The notes below the pieces were generated by a model, which was given only the letters and a program-made list of their open reading frames with translations, did not search any database and was not told the DNA's origin. Shown here in pieces: positions 59,361 to 64,000 of a DNA stretch of 64,000 nucleotides. Position numbers and translations under genes: made by a program. Numbering within the stretch: the stretch's first letter is position 1; every line of letters starts with the position of its first letter. Source of the DNA: Eledone cirrhosa (taxonomy: Eukaryota); the NCBI GenBank assembly GCA_964016885.1, contig OZ024742.1, positions 55,800,001-55,864,000 of the forward strand, read 5' to 3'.

Positions 59361-62221
59361 GGCAGCATCTATGCGACTCTTGACCTCAGCTGCGCCCTGT
59401 CCCGTTGGATACCACTGTTGAGCCCAGGTAGATGAAGGACTCCACATCCTGCAGGTCCACGCCCTCGAGAGATATCGGCTGCCAGGCATCAGGCGAGACC
59501 AGTGACGTCATGACCTTCGACTTGGCGGCATTGATTCGTAGACCAACAGCGGCGTCTGCGGTGTACACACTTTCGAGAGCAACTTGTACATCTGGCCCGT
59601 TAGCGCCCATCAGCACGATGTCATCTGCGTAGGCCAGGTCCGTCACCACGACCCCTATCTCGACCTCTATGTCCGGGTAATCCCGGAGCGCTGTGTTGAG
59701 AGTGTAGTCAATGGCGTAGTTAAAGAGAGTTGGCGATAGCGCAGACCCCTGCCAAACAGCAGTCCCAACATCGAACGACTGGGTCTCCCCACCATAGACC
59801 CTCACTCGGGCCCGATTCGACCGGTAGTAGCCTTGTATGAGACGAAGCAGCTTCACTGGGATGCCGTCCGCCTGCATTATACGCCATAGGGCTTCCCGAT
59901 CTACCGAGTCGAAGCCAGCCGCAAAGTCAATGAAGCAGAGGACGGTAGGCTGTTGATGTGCCCACCGTTGTTCCAGGACACGCCGGAGAATGAAGATTTG
60001 ATCAACGCACACCCTCCTCGGACGGAAGCCGCCCTGAGAAGGACGGGTCCGGACATCACTGATGGCCTGGAACCTCAGCAGAAGAATTCAGCAGAATAAT
60101 TGCGAAGGTTTTGGCAGCAACGTCAATTAAACTGATACCCCTGTAGTTGGAACACGGTTTCCTGTCGCCTTTTTTGAAGAAGAGTAGGAGAGTTGCCTCG
60201 CTCCAGTCATCAGGGAACCGCTCCGTCGCCCACACCGAGGAGAAGACTCGATGGAGCCAAGCTGCGAAGACATCAGGCTCGGCCTTGTAGACCTCAGCTC
60301 GAACGCCCTCTTCGCCCGGCGCCTTGTTATTCCGGAGATGTGTCAGGACACTACGTACCTCCTCGACGTTTGGAGGGGCAATGCTGCACCCGTATTCTTC
60401 TCCGGAAGGCTGCACGTAGGTTGGTGTGGGTGGTGGCGGGTGGTTGAGCAGCTCGGAGAAATGGTCCCGCCATCGGACTAGCCGGTCATTAAGATTGGTA
60501 ACGACCGCCCCGTTCCGATCACGGATCATCTCGCTGATACCCGCGACTGCTTCGGTTAGCCCGCTTCACCAGTTCGTAGAGATTGCGCGAGCCACCACAG
60601 GCTGCTTCCCTCTCCGTGTGCTCCGCAAATTCGCGCCAGTGGCAATTCCGATCGGCCCGAATAGCCCGAGATGTGCGACGTCGGAGATCTCGAAGATTGG
60701 GTGCACCCTCGAGTCGGGCCTCTCTCGCCATCTCCGCGAGTTCAAGAGAGCCGCCAGAGATCCAGTTGCGATGGCCTCTTCGGGTCACCCGAGATGCTCC
60801 CTGGCCACCTCAACCGTCACCGCCCTGAGCGCGTTCCACTCCTGCTCCGGTTGCTGTTCCACTTCGTTACTCAGCATTTGGAATGGGCTTCGCAGCTCTA
60901 GCCGGAAAGCATTTCCAGCATCGAGCTTGAATCGCGAGATGTCGATCCTTTTCTGGCGGTTGGGAGGAGGTTTCGCCTGCAGCTGCAGACGAAGAGTTGC
61001 TCGAACAAGAGTATGGTCTGACCCATGCTCACTGTCCGTATCACCCCCCCCCCCCCCCCCCCCCCCCCCGATACGCACGCGAGTCCATCATTGAGCTTGC
61101 CCACCGAGATATGACCAGGATGTAGTCAATCTGATTGGCCGTTCTTCCGTCATTGGATCGCCACGTGACGAGGTGACGCCGAGGATGTTGGAACCGGATG
61201 TTGGTGACGATAAGACGATTGGCATCCGCGAAGGACACGAGCCGTTCACCATTGTCACAACGTACGCCTAGGGCGAAGCCTCCTAGAATATGCCGTGTTG
61301 TATCATCAGCCGGCCTCGTCCGCGCATTACGATCCCCAGCGACAATGAGAACATCACTGGAGGGGACGCCATCCATGGTTGTTTGGAGATCGGTATAGAA
61401 CTGCGTTTGTCCGCCTCATCCGCATTGAATGTGGGAGAGTAGATGGAAATTAAGCTGACGTTGGAGATTTGACCCTTCAATCGAACCAGCGCGAGTCGGT
61501 GTGAGATCGGCTGCCACGCCAGCAGAGCCGTTTGCGCGTCGGGGCTGAGCGATACAGCGACCCCGTGAAGGCCACTGTTGTCAGTCACGCCACTATGGTA
61601 CAAGTGGTAGGAGATGTCCTCGCCATGAACTTTGATCGGAAGATGACCAACATCGGGAAGTCGAACTTCTGAAAGGTTAGCGACACTAACGCAGTACCTA
61701 TGCAGAGCCTTCATTGTAAGTGCCTGGACACCGTTGTGACGAAGTGTTCGGACGTTCCAGCACGCCACCCTCAATTCCTTCCTTCGTCTGAAGAGCAGGA
61801 CTACTGCGAGAGTAGTCTGTAGAGCCATAGCGGTAGGAGCGCTGTTGCTTTGCATTGCGTTCGTAGCGGGAAGGCAATTCGTATTCATAGTTCGTATTTG
61901 TAGGATTCATGGAAGAAGTGAATTCACAAGCGGTCCCCCCAAAACCCGCATGTATATCCCGAACGGGTGGAAAAACGTCCTGTTTGCCGCAGATTCTCCA
62001 CAGACGCAGGGACAGAAACGACCCGAAGCCGCCGGTTACCGGAACAAAGACCTCTTGGATTTTCACCAAAGCCCCTTTTGCCGGGTTGCGGCCCTAATAC
62101 TGCTGGGTGCCAGACCAATCCGCCTTAGGTGGTCGTACCAGGAGCCGAAGTTCCCGACGGCATAGCTCTGACACTACCCGTTGCCACCACCCTGCCACGT
62201 TGAAGAGAAGTTGGACTTTAG

Positions 62222-62222
<1 letters not shown>
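59361..62222 (-). mobile_element. RTE-clade LINE (APE endonuclease + RT), frameshifted, 3' end missing
   Basis: ACWNVRTL, SEVRL, YSPT, AGDRNA, NQIDYIL, SDHTLV, KAPGE, NYRGISL, FIDF..GFDSV, QGSALSP.LFN, LAYADDI, FIYLGS. Confidence 0.93.
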
Positions 62223-62299
<77 letters not shown>

Positions 62300-62304
62300 A
62301 TATA

Positions 62305-62394
<90 letters not shown>

Positions 62395-62443
62395 ATATAT
62401 ATATACATAGTACGTATATACGTATGTATTACATACGTATATA

Positions 62444-62524
<81 letters not shown>
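62223..62524. repeat. Long (TA)n microsatellite
   Basis: Directly visible. Confidence 0.95.
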
Positions 62525-62528
<4 letters not shown>

Positions 62529-64000
62529 TAAAATAACAGATTAAAGTTTAAGCAAAGAATCGCTGCTTTCACCCTTAACGGGATATTCTGAAACTAACAA
62601 AGTCAATCTGTAAACGCAGAAGTGGATATTTCAAAAAATGTTGCAATCGGAGGAAGACAGGAAGACGATAGGATCTCGAGGCTCTCCGCCAATGAGGTTA
62701 TCTTCAACCAAGCGGCAGACTACTACAATAGGGCCTTGATAAGCGCCGGCTTTAATCGAGAAATTTCCTAAATCCCGAACGTTAGCTCTAGAAACGACCC
62801 GCTCATAAGACAAGCGTTATAGTAAGCCATACCTATAACCGATCACGCAACGACTGCGAAGGAGTCGGATGTAATAGTATAGATAATCCCACTAAGGAAC
62901 ACGGCCACAACGTTAATTACACTGGCGATAGCATAGGTAACTTACCACACAATAAAGATCACGGCCCCGGTGATATTGACCACTGTAGCCTACTCGAATT
63001 ATTCCCCTACTATAAAATCAACAAAGCGACGGCCTACTACCAACGCCTTCCAACCAACATCTTCCTGTACATAAACATAGCAGAAGCAAGAAGAGTACAC
63101 CCGAGCATAAAGTGAAAGGAGCACGTAACGGGCTACAGCGCATTAACATGATTAAGAATGGTCACCCTGATGGCACTACCCGCAGCAAACATACAAGGAC
63201 ACATAATCGCCAACGTAACGTCCTATGGTTCCATCCCCCCTACTCCCGGAGTGAGGCCTCCAATATACCCCGGATATTCTTTGAAGCCTTTGAGAAGAAC
63301 TTTCCACCCAACCATAGGTATAGAAAAATCCTTAATAGGAACACTATAAACATATCCTCTACTACCCCTAACCTAGCAGACATCATAGGAAAAACTAATC
63401 ACAGTAAGATCACCAAGACACAGCACCTTGGCACAGACGCACCTACACCTGACAATAACTATATAAGCCTTAGCGACTCCATAGCAGTATCCAATAGTGC
63501 TGGCAACAGCCTCTACAGACGCAACCAGCATAACCGCGAAATGACTGGAGAATATGCAGGACATAACGTGCGGAATAATAATGGTACCACTCCGCGCACA
63601 GTGGGTTATAATGGTGCTAACGTCAGGTGTGGGAGCGTAGGTAACAACGTAGATAGCAATAATGATAGCCTTACCGTTGGAATTAGAAGGGACCGCGACC
63701 GAAATTGCAACTGTCGCGACAGGAGACGCTGCCCCCTTAGAGGATACTGCTTGACTGATAGGGTTATATATAGGTGCACTGTAACTAGCCACAATAGCGT
63801 TAAAGATGATATAGGGGTTACCTCTGGCCCGTTCAAAATTAAATTTCGAACACATCTCCACTCTTTCACAAAAAAGAAATTAAGATACTCCACTTCGCTC
63901 GCGGAATACATCACATCATTAAAAGACTTAAACATCAGCTTCTCCACTCACTGGGAAATTGTCGGCAGGGCTGCACCGTACAACTTCAAGAGGAAGTGCG
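62525..64000 (+). mobile_element. 5'-truncated Penelope-like element (Naiad-like) with putative inverted pLTR piece, running off the window
   Basis: RISRLSANE.IF...YYNRAL..AG, RNVLWFHPPY, NCNCRDRRRCPLRGYC...VIYRCTV, FRTHLHSF, STSLAEYI; family D inverted at 62525-62620. Confidence 0.85.

Noticed and set aside
61044-61069. Poly-Gly or poly-Pro insertion in the LINE
   Set aside because: A homopolymer C run causing a frameshift; likely slippage or sequencing error.

Overview
AT-rich, microsatellite-dense metazoan (non-bacterial) DNA; the SINE and repeat make-up suggests a cephalopod such as Octopus (inference). I found no convincing host exon, and nearly all short ORFs in the track are microsatellite artefacts. 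The window is a mosaic of mostly decayed retroelements: at least 7 Penelope-like element (PLE; RT + GIY-YIG) copies or fragments of two clades, a long RTE-type LINE plus RTE fragments, R4/Dong-type RLE LINE remnants, a tRNA-derived SINE family, a mariner remnant and a hAT-type MITE. The main hidden signal, read by eye, is about 13 type I hammerhead ribozymes with intact catalytic cores, from about 10 sequence families, plus many point-mutated copies. They sit in PLE 3' ends and in non-coding 450-700 bp tandem or fold-back units (retrozyme-like). Unusual features include very long stem II inserts, a recurrent U-U pair closing stem II, palindromes whose axis falls in or at the ribozyme, and an octamer (ATGCAAAT) about 80-120 nt upstream of the ribozyme in several families. 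All folds were done manually and none was computed.
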